This document shows, piece after piece, positions 34,822-44,517 of a DNA stretch of 64,000 nucleotides. The stretch's first letter is position 1, and each line of letters opens with the position of its first letter. Source of the DNA: Chloroflexota bacterium (lineage in GTDB: Bacteria; Chloroflexota; Limnocylindria; Limnocylindrales; CSP1-4); NCBI GenBank assembly GCA_003141245.1, contig PLLE01000034.1:877-64876 (forward strand), written 5' to 3'. Position numbers and translations under genes: made by a program. Under the pieces are notes generated by a model. The model saw only the letters and a program-made list of their open reading frames with translations, did not search any database and had not been told where the DNA came from.

Positions 34822-37179
34822 CTACGCCCCGCCCGGCACCCAGTTGTAGATTCTCTGGGTGAAGCCGACCTGGCCCAGGGAGAACTGCACACAGATCTGG
34901 CCATTCCAGGGAGCGCTTGCCCGAGGGCCTGCAGGAACAATCAATGAACCCTTGAGTGTCTTGGTTTCGCGTAACCCGAAGGTCATCTCAGGCCCCCACG
35001 TTCCGCCGTCATAACTCGGAATACCAAGGGGTTCAATCGCGAATGTCACCCCACTCACGTAATACCCCACGGCGTCGCTAGTGTCCGTACAACTCGCCGT
35101 GCCCTCCACGCTACTCCCGGGTGTCAGCCTGTCTGGATCGGTGGGACTGGATATCGACCACGTACAACTGAACGCCCAGGTGGCAGGTTTCTCGTCCGGG
35201 CGAGAGACCACTCGACTGAAGTGGGCGCCGTCCGCTGTGACGTCGTAGTCTGTCTTCACGACGGGTGGCGGATCGGGGAAGTTCTTTGTTTCGACATACT
35301 GCCAGTACCCTGTGGAGACGGACGTCGAGGCGACGGCGCTCGGCGACGCGGAGGGGGCCGCGGGCAGAACGGTGACGTGGGCTCGGGCGAGTTCGACCGG
35401 TGTCTGCGACGTTATGTCGTACAGGACCACCGTCACGGTCGAAGCTCCCTTCACCTCGTGGGTGGTGTCTGCGACCAGCGGCGACGCGTACGGAGCGCGG
35501 ACATCTTTGGTGTCTTTGGACCCATCGCCGAAGTCCCACACGAACTCGACCTGCTGTGCCGAGTTCGGAATCGCCCAAGCGGTGGCCTTGAACGCGTATG
35601 TCGTGCCGCTGGTCGGGGTCGCTACCACTGAGACCTCCGTCTTCTTCCACCATTGTTCGTCATAGGACGCCTGCCCCTGGTCGTCAAACATCGACGTGGA
35701 GTGCCGGTCAAGGCCTGAGGCCGGCGTGTAGGTCGGCAGATTCGAGTGCGTCCAGTTAGCCGGCGAATAGATGCCGCCCTCGTCCATCCGGTAGGGCTTG
35801 CCGCCGATGAAGACCTCAGCCCATAGGTGCTGATGGCCCGCATCTTTGGGGTCCTTGTCGCCCTCGTTGTAGCCGAACACCGCCTTCGCCCGGAACCCAG
35901 CGGCAATGAAGACGCTGACCGAGGAGTTGGCTGAGTCGGTGCAGTCCCCGTTCCCCGGCCCCAGCGCGTCGCCCCTCGTGAAGAAGTCATCGGGCTTCTG
36001 CCAGTTGCTGCCTTTGCCCTCGTCGTGGTGGATCTCCAGCAGCTTGCCAGTGGACGCATCGAGGTAGCCGAGGTTCATGGCATGGCCTTGCGCGTTGCCG
36101 GCGGCAAGCCAGTCCGGCATCTTGGGGTCGTTGAGTGGCATCTGGACATGCGTGATGGCGTCCGTGATCACCGCCTCAGCGGCGTACTTCTTCACGGTCG
36201 CGCTACCGGGAGTGACGTACTGCTTGGCCGTGCCCTTCGTGACGGGGTCGCTCCACTTGAGTTCGCCCCAGTTTTGAATGGCATAATTCACCGTATAGCC
36301 GACGCCCGCCACAATCGCCGCGCCTACCACGACGTATGTGACCAATGCCGTGCCCTTGAAATCCTTGAGCTTGACGCTGACCGTGTGCGCGTCCTTGTCG
36401 ACGACGCCGGGGAGCACCACCCAGGATTGCCCGTTCCAATAGGCCGGCCGGATCGAGTCTTCCGACATGCCGGCAGGCAGGAACGTGTGCTCGTAGGGGA
36501 CGGAGATCGTGACGGGTTCGTTGAACGTTGTGCCGGTCGGCCCGAAGTCCACGACCGGGCCGACAGCCGACGCGTAAGCCTGACCATCCTGGGGCGGTTG
36601 GCCAAGCGTCATGTGGAAGGGTGCCTGGAGGACCTTCACGGTGACGGTCGTATTCGACACGGCGGCACCAGCTGGGATCACCAGCGCGGCACCTTCGGTG
36701 TCGAGCCGATCTCCCTTGCCCGGCACGATCGACAGTGTGTAGTCGTCGGTCGGCACGTCGATGACGGTGGGGGCCTGCATTGTCGTCTCGACCAGCGGGA
36801 TGCTCGGCGAGTTCCACGGGAGGCGGCCACTGAACACGGTCGTGGCCACGAGCACGGCGACCACGGCCACGGCCGCCCCGGCGATGAGCACCGGCCGCCG
36901 ACGCGCGGCTCGCATCAGGCCGCCCGGCCGGCCGGCAACGGCGACTGGGGTCGCCCAGGGCGGCGTCGGCTGTAGCGGCGGCTGCGGCGCGGGCGCGGTG
37001 GCGCCCGCCGGGGCGGCGGCGGCACCTACCTTCGAGCCGCAGGTGGCGCACCAGTTGGCCCCGGCACTGACCGGGGCGCCGCACTGGGAACAGGCGCGCG
37101 GCACTGGCTGGCCGCAGCCGATGCAGAATGCCGCGCTCGAAGCTACAGCCTGACCGCAGGCCGCACACGTCGTAGACAT
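34822..37179 (-). CDS. membrane-anchored protein: double zinc ribbon, TM helix, transglutaminase-like core, PKD-like domain
   Basis: N-terminus CAACGQ..FCIGCG and CSQCGA..WCATCG, then the TM segment VLIAGAAVAVVAVLVATTVF. Transglutaminase triad candidates: GNGDCTDSAN, HQHLWAEVFI, YRMDEGG. PKD signature: VEFVWDFGDGSKD. Start at the internal Met MSTTCAACG. Confidence 0.7.
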   Translation of the reverse strand: MSTTCAACGQAVASSAAFCIGCGQPVPRACSQCGAPVSAGANWCATCGSKVGAAAAPAGATAPAPQPPLQPTPPWATPVAVAGRPGGLMRAARRRPVLIAGAAVAVVAVLVATTVFSGRLPWNSPSIPLVETTMQAPTVIDVPTDDYTLSIVPGKGDRLDTEGAALVIPAGAAVSNTTVTVKVLQAPFHMTLGQPPQDGQAYASAVGPVVDFGPTGTTFNEPVTISVPYEHTFLPAGMSEDSIRPAYWNGQSWVVLPGVVDKDAHTVSVKLKDFKGTALVTYVVVGAAIVAGVGYTVNYAIQNWGELKWSDPVTKGTAKQYVTPGSATVKKYAAEAVITDAITHVQMPLNDPKMPDWLAAGNAQGHAMNLGYLDASTGKLLEIHHDEGKGSNWQKPDDFFTRGDALGPGNGDCTDSANSSVSVFIAAGFRAKAVFGYNEGDKDPKDAGHQHLWAEVFIGGKPYRMDEGGIYSPANWTHSNLPTYTPASGLDRHSTSMFDDQGQASYDEQWWKKTEVSVVATPTSGTTYAFKATAWAIPNSAQQVEFVWDFGDGSKDTKDVRAPYASPLVADTTHEVKGASTVTVVLYDITSQTPVELARAHVTVLPAAPSASPSAVASTSVSTGYWQYVETKNFPDPPPVVKTDYDVTADGAHFSRVVSRPDEKPATWAFSCTWSISSPTDPDRLTPGSSVEGTASCTDTSDAVGYYVSGVTFAIEPLGIPSYDGGTWGPEMTFGLRETKTLKGSLIVPAGPRASAPWNGQICVQFSLGQVGFTQRIYNWVPGGA

Positions 37180-37659
37180 CGTCGGCTCTCCCTCAACCAC
37201 ACACCACGGCAGGCCTGCCGCTCGGCCAAGGCTCGCTGCGGGTCCACTCGGGGTCAAGTGCCGAAAGTCCGCCATGTGAAAGTCCGCCATGCGCACCCGG
37301 AATGGCCCGGCAGATCAAAAGCAGCACCGCGCGCCCCGGATCGGCCCCGGGTGCACGCGATCCCGACATAGCCGTGAGTGCGCGTCGGGAGATGCACGTC
37401 GGACATCCCGACCTCGCGGTGGACCCGCATCGGTCGCGTGTGCTTCCGCACGCGCAGGATCGACATTCCCCGGCCGCCCCCAGTCGGGTCTGCATCTGCG
37501 GACGCGCAGTGTCGACGACCTGCGGGGCCGAACCAGCACGAGCCTGTCACACGTGTATCTGCGGACGCGCACGCCGGCGGGTGGCGGGCCGAATCCCTCC
37601 TTCCCGGCCGTACAATCGCGCCAACCCGGAGGCCCGTCGCACGCGAAGGAGGCACCGTC

Positions 37660-39102
37660 ATGGAGCCAGGCACCGACAGCGCGTCCACTAAGGCGGGCGG
37701 GCCAGGCGAGTCGGGCGGGGCGCCCACCGGCGGCGCCACCGCCGCCGCGGCGACGAAGACCGCCGCGCAAACCGCGTCGAAGGTCGAAGACTACGACGCG
37801 GCGATCGCCAGAATCGTCGAATCGGCCCAACGCCTGGGGATCGGTATCGACGAGCGCGAGGCGGATGAATGGATCGCGGCGATGGCGACAGAGGCCAGCG
37901 GCGGCGACCTAGTGGTCGACGTGAACACCGGCGTCTACGGCCACCGGGTCTCGATGCTCGACTTCGCCCCGGCGGACCTGGCCCGCTTCCGCGAGATGGG
38001 CAAGATCGTTGGCTTCGAAGACCGCCCGCCAAATGTCCTGACTGCTCTTTCGATCTCGGGTTCGGCGGCGCAGAGCAAGATCAACGCCTTCCCCGCCGAC
38101 TGCGACTTCTTCGAGCGCATCAACATCAAGGCCGACACGCGCGAGGAGGCCTGCTCGATCCTGGCCGACATGATGCGCGAGAAGGCACTCGCCACCGCCA
38201 GCGGGCCTGGCCATCGGCTGTGGGACATCAAGTTCGGCCAGCATCCGGCGGAAGGAACGAAGGGCGGCAAGCCGTTCGGCGTGAAGTCGCCGATGTCGTG
38301 GACGCCGGACGAGGTCCGCGCCGGCAAGATGGAAGTCACGCTCACCGACGGTTCGACCGCGGTCTACACCTGGGCCGACGCGACTCGCGATCCCGGCTGG
38401 TGCAAGCTCGACTGGGTAATCGCCGACTCGTCGCGCGGGAAGCTGGCCAACGCCAGCAACGTCCTCGACACCACATGGGAAGGGCCGGACGGCAAGATCG
38501 TGCCGCTGGACGGCTTCCTGGACCCCTACTTCCAGGAGGTCTATCTCGACGCCGACTCGATCCCGATCTTCTCGAAGCTCGTGAAGGAGCTCTCGGCCGA
38601 CACGGTGGACGACTACGTCGAGACGCTCGAGCACGAGGTCTGGAAGTACACGGTCCTGGAGCCGAGCTACGGGAAGGTTGCCCGGCGCCTGTACAACGTG
38701 TTCCGAATGAGCGGCCGGTATGCCGAGGCAGCCTTCATCCGCGAGCTGTTCGACGAGCCGGTATCGGCGCTCTACCAGGTCGCCGCGCTGATCCAGACGC
38801 TCGGCGACGCGGCCAGCTCGGGCGAGGACTTCGACACCGAAACGATGACCACCGAGGTCGACACGCTGATCATGTCGGCCATTCAGGCGCTCGATGGGCC
38901 CGAGGAGGCCGAAATGGTTGGCCACCTGCTGAAGCTGCGGAACTCGATCCAGAAGCGCGGCGCCGAGGCCGACCGTGCTGAGGACATGGCCGACGTCCAG
39001 ACCGCGGCGCTCAAGGCGGTCAACAGCTACTTCGAGCGGGCGCTCCGTTCGGTGCCCGAGATCGACGCGTATCTCAAGGAGATCGTCAAGAGGGCTCCGT
39101 AG
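37660..39102 (+). CDS. hypothetical protein with a polymerase-beta-type nucleotidyltransferase motif (function unknown)
   Basis: ATG 37660 follows GAAGGAGG. 480 aa with LSISGSAAQSKINAFPADCDFFERI (G-S-x11-D-x-D) and a later CKLDWVIAD strand, followed by a long helical C-terminal region. The CDS itself is well supported; the NTase assignment is tentative. Confidence 0.6.
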   Translation: MEPGTDSASTKAGGPGESGGAPTGGATAAAATKTAAQTASKVEDYDAAIARIVESAQRLGIGIDEREADEWIAAMATEASGGDLVVDVNTGVYGHRVSMLDFAPADLARFREMGKIVGFEDRPPNVLTALSISGSAAQSKINAFPADCDFFERINIKADTREEACSILADMMREKALATASGPGHRLWDIKFGQHPAEGTKGGKPFGVKSPMSWTPDEVRAGKMEVTLTDGSTAVYTWADATRDPGWCKLDWVIADSSRGKLANASNVLDTTWEGPDGKIVPLDGFLDPYFQEVYLDADSIPIFSKLVKELSADTVDDYVETLEHEVWKYTVLEPSYGKVARRLYNVFRMSGRYAEAAFIRELFDEPVSALYQVAALIQTLGDAASSGEDFDTETMTTEVDTLIMSAIQALDGPEEAEMVGHLLKLRNSIQKRGAEADRAEDMADVQTAALKAVNSYFERALRSVPEIDAYLKEIVKRAP

Positions 39103-39236
39103 CCGGTGCGGCGGCGGACGGGCGCGACGTCTCCGGGCCGCGAATAAGCGCGCGATAAGTCGCAGGTGAGCCGCAGGTGAGTCGCCTCCGATAGCGTTCA
39201 TGGGAACCCGCCGAGAACGCCCAATCGGAGACGACG

Positions 39237-39920
39237 ATGGATACGAGCGCGCCCTGGCGGGCGATCGAGGCGTCGGAGCGGGCCGGGGATGAGACCGAGC
39301 CTCCGCCCGAACGATCGAGGCTGGGCGGGCATCAGCTCCTGCTTGCGGCGGCCGTCGTGCTGGTCGCCGTCTCGGTCGGAGCCGCAGTCCTGGTCGCAAG
39401 CCAGCAGGGCGGCCAGGTGCAGATGGTGTCGGGCGCGAGTGGCAGCCCCAACGAATCTGGGGCACCCGCAGCGACGAAGGCGATGCTGGTCGTGGAGGTC
39501 GCCGGCGCGGTCGCTCATCCGGCGGTCTACTCGCTGCCCGTCGGGTCGCGGGTCGCGGACGCAATCACGGCGGCCGGCGGGTACTCGACGGACGTGGACC
39601 CGCGCCAGGCCGAAGCGCAGCTCAACCTTGCAGCGAAGCTCGTCGACGCCCAGGTCGTCCGCGTGCCGAGGCGGGGCGACGGGTCGGCGGCAGGGCCCAG
39701 CTCAAGTGGTGCCGCACAGGCGAGCGCCGGACTGATCGACCTCAACGCCGCCACGGCCGAACAGCTGGACACGCTGCCGGGGATCGGGCCCGTGACCGCT
39801 CAGAAGATCATCGCCTCCCGAGAGCAAGGGCCGTTCCGCAATGTGGACGACCTGGTCACCCGCAAGATCGTGCCCGCCTCGACGCTGGCCAAGTTCCGGT
39901 CGCTCGTCACGGTCGGCTGA
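39237..39920 (+). CDS. comEA: ComEA-family DNA-binding competence protein
   Basis: TM anchor; SLBB-like segment (VVEVAGAVAHPAVYSLPVGSRVADAITAAGG); C-terminal helix-hairpin-helix (IDLNAATAEQLDTLPGIGPVTAQKIIASRE). Confidence 0.85.
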   Translation: MDTSAPWRAIEASERAGDETEPPPERSRLGGHQLLLAAAVVLVAVSVGAAVLVASQQGGQVQMVSGASGSPNESGAPAATKAMLVVEVAGAVAHPAVYSLPVGSRVADAITAAGGYSTDVDPRQAEAQLNLAAKLVDAQVVRVPRRGDGSAAGPSSSGAAQASAGLIDLNAATAEQLDTLPGIGPVTAQKIIASREQGPFRNVDDLVTRKIVPASTLAKFRSLVTVG

Positions 39921-39923
39921 GGG

Positions 39924-42578
39924 ATGCTTCCCCGGCCGGCATGGCTCGCGCTCGGAGTCGTGGCGGTGGCAGCGGCGTCGGAACTGGCGCCGAGTGTGGC
40001 GTCTGGGCTCCCCCCGAGTCAGGCCCAGGCCGTGGGGGCCGCCGCGGTCGCGGCGGCGATCGTTGCGGCCGCGCTCGCGTGCGAAGTTGCGCGCCGCCCC
40101 GCCAGGGCGGCCAGCGTGGCCGTCGCCGCGCTCGGGGCGGCCATCGTCGTGGCGAGGCTGGCGGTGGGCGCCGCCGCAGGCGGTGGGCCGCCCGCGGCGG
40201 CGCCACTCCCCACCGGAGCGGGAACGTGGCAGGCGACCGTCGTCAGTGCACACACGACGAAGGGCTTGCAGATCGCGACGATCGAGCTGACGGAGCCGCC
40301 GCTCACGTGCTCAGCCCAACTCCCCGCATACCCGCGGCTCATCGCCGGAGACGCCGTTCGCTGGTCCGGCCGCTTCCGGCCGTTGACCGAGAGCGAATAC
40401 GACCTGTGGCTCGCGTCGCAGGGGATCTCCGCTCTCTGCCAGGCCACGGACCTGGCGCTCGTCCAACACGACGACTCTGCGGCGGGAGCGCTGGAGAGCT
40501 TTCGGCAGGCGTCCGGCGACGCACTCCAGCGTGTCCTGCCCGAGCCGGAGGGCGGACTCGCGGCTGCGATCCTGATCGGGCTGCGCGATCGCGTGGACAA
40601 GGAGGTGGCCGCAGACTTCACGACGGCCGGAGTGAGTCATATCGTTGCTATCTCGGGCTGGAACATCGCCATCGTGGCCGCGACCGTGGCGGCGCTGCTG
40701 GGCGGGTTGTTCAGTCGGCGGCGCCGGGCCGTCGTCACGTTGGGCGCGATCGTCGCGTACACGCTCTTTGCCGGAGCCTCGCCGTCGGTGGTCCGGGCTG
40801 CGGTGATGGCCGGAGTGGCGCTGCTCGCGATCGAGAGCGGGCGCGGATCGAGGGCGATGGTCGGGCTGGCGTGGGCCGTCGCCGCGATGCTGGTCGTTGA
40901 GCCGGGCACGGTCGGCGACGCGGGGTTCCAGCTTTCGGCGGCGGCCACGGCCGGGCTGATAGCGTGGGCGACACCGCTTACGAAGCGACTGGACGATCGC
41001 GCGCCCTGGCTCCCCGGTCCCCTTCGCGAAAGCCTGGGCGTCTCGCTCGCGGCCCAGGCCGCCACCCTGCCGATCGTCCTGTTGGCCTTCGGGCGGTTGG
41101 CGTTGATCGCTCCGGCCGCCAACCTCGTCGCCGTCCCGCTCGTGCCCCCGGCAATGGCAGCGGGCGCGGTCGCGTTCGTCGCGGGCTGGATGGGGACGAT
41201 CGGAGTCCCTTTCTGGCTGTGCGGCCTGCTGGCGATGCCCGCATGGGCGCTCCTCGCGGGCCTGATCTGGGTGGTTCACCTGGCAGCTGCAGTTCCCGGT
41301 GCCAACGAGACGCTGGCCTTCCCGGCGAACGCGGCAGCCGCGGCGGCCGCGTGCCTCGCTCTGTGCTGGCTTCATCGACGGCTCGGCACGCCACGGTCGC
41401 CCGGGCGCGAGCGACAGACTCGCCCGGCACGAAGTGAGAAACCGACCCGGCTGCCCAAGCATCGCTGGGCCTTCATCTCGGCCGCTTTCGTCGTCGCACT
41501 TGCCGGCTGCGTGGTCGCGTCGCATCCCGACGGTTCCGTCCACGTCATCGTCCTCGATGTCGGCCAGGGCGACGCGATCCTTCTCGAGGGCGATCATGGC
41601 GGCCGAATCCTGGTCGACGGCGGCCCGGACGGCAGCGCGCTACTCAAGGTCCTGGACCGGTACGTTCCCGCCTGGGATCGGCGGCTCGACGCGATCGTTC
41701 TGACGCATCCGCACGATGACCACGTCGGCGGCCTGGTGACCGTCGTCGACAAGTACCGCGTCGGCCGGGCCTTCGAGTCGGGCTGGGCCGTTTCGACGCC
41801 CACCTATCGAGCCTGGCGCGATGCCCTGGCCGCCCATGGCCTGCGAGCCGAACGCCTGCGAACGGGCGATACGCTGCGACTGGACGACGTCACGCTGCAC
41901 GTGCTCTGGCCGGACGACGGCACGGTGCGGCCTCCCGGTCTGGATCCCGCGGCTACCGACAATCGAAAGACCAACGATTCCTCAGTGGTCTTGCTCGGCG
42001 AGTACGAGAGCCGCCGCTTCCTGCTCATGGGCGACGCGGAGGACGACGTCGATCCAGTTCTGCTGGCTCGCGGGCTGCCGACAGTCGACATGCTCAAGGT
42101 CGCTCACCACGGGAGCGCAACCGCATCCTCCGACGACCTGCTGGCGACCCTTCGGCCTGGCGTCGCGGCGATTTCGGTCGGGTTCGGGAACACATACGGG
42201 CATCCGGCGCCCTCGACGCTGGAGCGACTGCGAGCCCATGCCGCAACGGTCCTGCGGACCGACCTGGTTGGCACGGTCGACACGACGCTGGACGCCGCGG
42301 CCGTGACCGTCTCGTCCGCCCGCGCGCCTGTCGATGCGCGTCCGACGCTGGTCGACGAGGGCGCGCCCACGCCAGCCTGGCTCCTGTACGATTCGATGTA
42401 TGACAGTCCCGAGCCGTCGAGAAAGCGCGGCCCTGCTGCTCTCGCTCGAGCCGCCGGCCTGGCACCTTCGTCACTCGCGAGCCGTCGCCGAGACGGCGGG
42501 CTGGCTGGCGTTGCGGGCGGTTTCGGCTGGGCGCTCGCTCGATCGCCGCCTCGTGGAAGCAGCCGCTCTACTACATGA
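39924..42578 (+). CDS. comEC: ComEC/Rec2 DNA internalisation channel with metallo-beta-lactamase domain
   Basis: Competence domain (..TTAGVSHIVAISGWNIAIV..), many TM segments, MBL motif LTHPHDDHVGG and later KVAHHGS. The last ~90 codons run past the usual ComEC end and overlap the next gene. Confidence 0.85.
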   Translation: MLPRPAWLALGVVAVAAASELAPSVASGLPPSQAQAVGAAAVAAAIVAAALACEVARRPARAASVAVAALGAAIVVARLAVGAAAGGGPPAAAPLPTGAGTWQATVVSAHTTKGLQIATIELTEPPLTCSAQLPAYPRLIAGDAVRWSGRFRPLTESEYDLWLASQGISALCQATDLALVQHDDSAAGALESFRQASGDALQRVLPEPEGGLAAAILIGLRDRVDKEVAADFTTAGVSHIVAISGWNIAIVAATVAALLGGLFSRRRRAVVTLGAIVAYTLFAGASPSVVRAAVMAGVALLAIESGRGSRAMVGLAWAVAAMLVVEPGTVGDAGFQLSAAATAGLIAWATPLTKRLDDRAPWLPGPLRESLGVSLAAQAATLPIVLLAFGRLALIAPAANLVAVPLVPPAMAAGAVAFVAGWMGTIGVPFWLCGLLAMPAWALLAGLIWVVHLAAAVPGANETLAFPANAAAAAAACLALCWLHRRLGTPRSPGRERQTRPARSEKPTRLPKHRWAFISAAFVVALAGCVVASHPDGSVHVIVLDVGQGDAILLEGDHGGRILVDGGPDGSALLKVLDRYVPAWDRRLDAIVLTHPHDDHVGGLVTVVDKYRVGRAFESGWAVSTPTYRAWRDALAAHGLRAERLRTGDTLRLDDVTLHVLWPDDGTVRPPGLDPAATDNRKTNDSSVVLLGEYESRRFLLMGDAEDDVDPVLLARGLPTVDMLKVAHHGSATASSDDLLATLRPGVAAISVGFGNTYGHPAPSTLERLRAHAATVLRTDLVGTVDTTLDAAAVTVSSARAPVDARPTLVDEGAPTPAWLLYDSMYDSPEPSRKRGPAALARAAGLAPSSLASRRRDGGLAGVAGGFGWALARSPPRGSSRSTT

Positions 42579-43026
42579 CGTGGACAAGCTCCCGCTCGTG
42601 CGGCCGTCGGTGACGGAGCTGGCGCATGCCGAAGGTTCGGCCGAATGGCTCGCGCGGCGCGGGTATCCGGAGCTCGGCGAGGCGATCGTCGGCCACCCGG
42701 TGACGCGCCTGGCCGACGGCTCCTGGTTCGACCGATGGTTCGCCGGCGCCTCGCCCGAGGCCCTCGTGGTCGCCTACGCCGACAAGCGCGCCGGGCAGAA
42801 GCTCGAGTCGATGGCGGAGCGGTTCGCGTCATGGGAGCGTCGCTACGCGCCCGAAGAGCGGCCTCAGCGGGCACGGGGAGTCTGGTCGCCCGAGACGCTG
42901 GCGGCCGTCCGACGCCGGGCGGAGGTGCTCGAGGCGCGCGTGTGCGCGCTTGCCGGAGTCGCCCCGTCGGACGTTCGTCGGCTGGCCTGGACGGGCCGCG
43001 CGCTGCAGCTCGCGCGGGGCGGTTGA
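42400..43026 (+). CDS. HD-domain phosphohydrolase (YqeK-like)
   Basis: ..HLRHSRAVAETAGWLA.. and ..AALLHDVDK.. (H..HD motif), plus YADKR. Start uncertain (ATG 42400 chosen), giving a ~180-nt overlap with the comEC reading frame. Confidence 0.65.
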   Translation: MTVPSRRESAALLLSLEPPAWHLRHSRAVAETAGWLALRAVSAGRSLDRRLVEAAALLHDVDKLPLVRPSVTELAHAEGSAEWLARRGYPELGEAIVGHPVTRLADGSWFDRWFAGASPEALVVAYADKRAGQKLESMAERFASWERRYAPEERPQRARGVWSPETLAAVRRRAEVLEARVCALAGVAPSDVRRLAWTGRALQLARGG

Positions 43027-43027
43027 G

Positions 43028-44062
43028 GTGGAACGGCCGTCCGCGCCGCTCGGCTACTACTGGGGCGACGACGCCTACAGCGTCTCGCGCGGCCCCGACG
43101 CGCTCGCCACTCGGCTGGCGGGCGGCGGTCCGCCGCTGGATCGGGTCCGCCTCACCGGCAACTCCACAACAGCCGACGAGATCGCCGAGAAAGTGGCCAC
43201 GGCCACGATGTTCGGCGGCGGGACGCTGGTCGTCGTCGCCGAGCCGGCGCCGCTCGTTGCCACGAAGCCGCTCGCAGCCCGGCTCGCGGAAACACTGTCG
43301 GCCGTGGCGGAGGGCAACGGCCTGGCGTTCCTGGACCTGGTCGATGGGACGGCCCGCCGCCCCGCGTCGCTGGAGACGTTGCGCAAGGTCGTGGCCGCGG
43401 CCGGTGGCGAGATCCGCGAGTTCAAGGCCCCCACCCGCGACGGAATGGCGCGCTGGATCTCGGATCGCGCCGCCGAGCGCGAAATCCGCATCTCCGCGCC
43501 CGCGGCCGCGCTGCTGGCGGAGCGCATCGGCGCCTTCGTACGCGAGCGCGACGTCGACCGAAGGCGCCAGGGCGAGATGGCGGTGGCCGAGCTGGAGAAG
43601 CTCGCCCTTTACCGCCTCGACGCCCAGATCGGCCCCGAAGACGTCAAGGCCCTCGTGGCGGACGCCGTCCCCGGCTCGACGTGGGCCTTCCTCGACGCCG
43701 TGGGAATGCGCCGTGTCGCCGAGGCCGCCGAGCTGGCCGATCGGCTCGACGACCTGCCGGCGCCCGTCCTCGTCGTCCATCTCCACCGCCGGCTCCGCGA
43801 GCTGATCCAGATCGCCGACCTGCTGGCCGTGGGCACGCCGGCCGCGGCGCTGATCCGGACGCTCGGCCTCAACCCATATCGGGCGGAGATGCTCGCGAAT
43901 CAGGCGCGAATGTGGACGCAGCCCGAGCTGGACGCGGCCCTGGCCGGCCTTCTCGAACTGGACGCCACACTCAAGGGTCGCGACGGAGGAAGCGATCTGC
44001 GGCGCCGCTCGGCGGTCAGCCTGTGGATCGCGGAGTTGGTTCGCCGGCCGGGCGGGCTCTAA
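43028..44062 (+). CDS. holA: DNA polymerase III delta subunit
   Basis: GTG 43028 lies 2 nt after the upstream stop. Its size, its position after comEC and its helical clamp-loader-like C-terminal region fit holA. The call is mostly by synteny. Confidence 0.65.
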   Translation: MERPSAPLGYYWGDDAYSVSRGPDALATRLAGGGPPLDRVRLTGNSTTADEIAEKVATATMFGGGTLVVVAEPAPLVATKPLAARLAETLSAVAEGNGLAFLDLVDGTARRPASLETLRKVVAAAGGEIREFKAPTRDGMARWISDRAAEREIRISAPAAALLAERIGAFVRERDVDRRRQGEMAVAELEKLALYRLDAQIGPEDVKALVADAVPGSTWAFLDAVGMRRVAEAAELADRLDDLPAPVLVVHLHRRLRELIQIADLLAVGTPAAALIRTLGLNPYRAEMLANQARMWTQPELDAALAGLLELDATLKGRDGGSDLRRRSAVSLWIAELVRRPGGL

Positions 44063-44086
44063 GTCCAGGCCGAAGAGCGGCCGACC

Positions 44087-44341
44087 TCAGTCGGCGCTGG
44101 ACCAGGCCTGCTCCTGGACGACCGTGTCGCTCTCGATGACGAAGATGCAGCGACCCTGGTCCAGATCGAGCGCCTCGATCAGCTCAGGATCGACGTACAG
44201 CTGGTGGCAGTCCTCGCACAGACCGCCCGGGATCCCGAAGCAGAGGCGCTCGCTCCGGTCGGGCAGACGGAACGTGGCGTCGAAGCGTGTGCCCACGAGG
44301 CGCCTCCCGCAGCGGGGGCAGCGTTCGCGGGCCGGTGACAT
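44087..44341 (-). CDS. small zinc-ribbon hypothetical protein
   Basis: MSPARERCPRCGRRL..(30)..CEDCHQLYV gives two CxxC pairs. Start at the internal Met. Confidence 0.4.
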   Translation of the reverse strand: MSPARERCPRCGRRLVGTRFDATFRLPDRSERLCFGIPGGLCEDCHQLYVDPELIEALDLDQGRCIFVIESDTVVQEQAWSSAD

Positions 44342-44517
44342 CGCATTCGACCTCAGAAGATCGGCAACCGGGTGGTCGCCTCGATGTGGAGATCCTAGGG
44401 GCGAGCACCGAGGAAACCTATGACTCACTCGTACCGTTCGAAGGTACTCGGGCCGCAGTGCCAGCCGGTCGAGTGGGCTACCTAACCTCCCCTCGATCTC
44501 CTGCTAGCCTTTTCGCG

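Noticed and set aside
37909-39564. 551-aa minus-strand ORF. Similar long antisense ORFs at 40311..41597, 42104..43786, 25698..26477, 62153..63622, 59382..60383 and 60442..61764.
   Set aside because: All overlap well-supported genes on the opposite strand and translate to Arg/Pro/Gly-rich sequence without domain signatures. They are stop-codon-poor antisense frames expected in GC-rich DNA.
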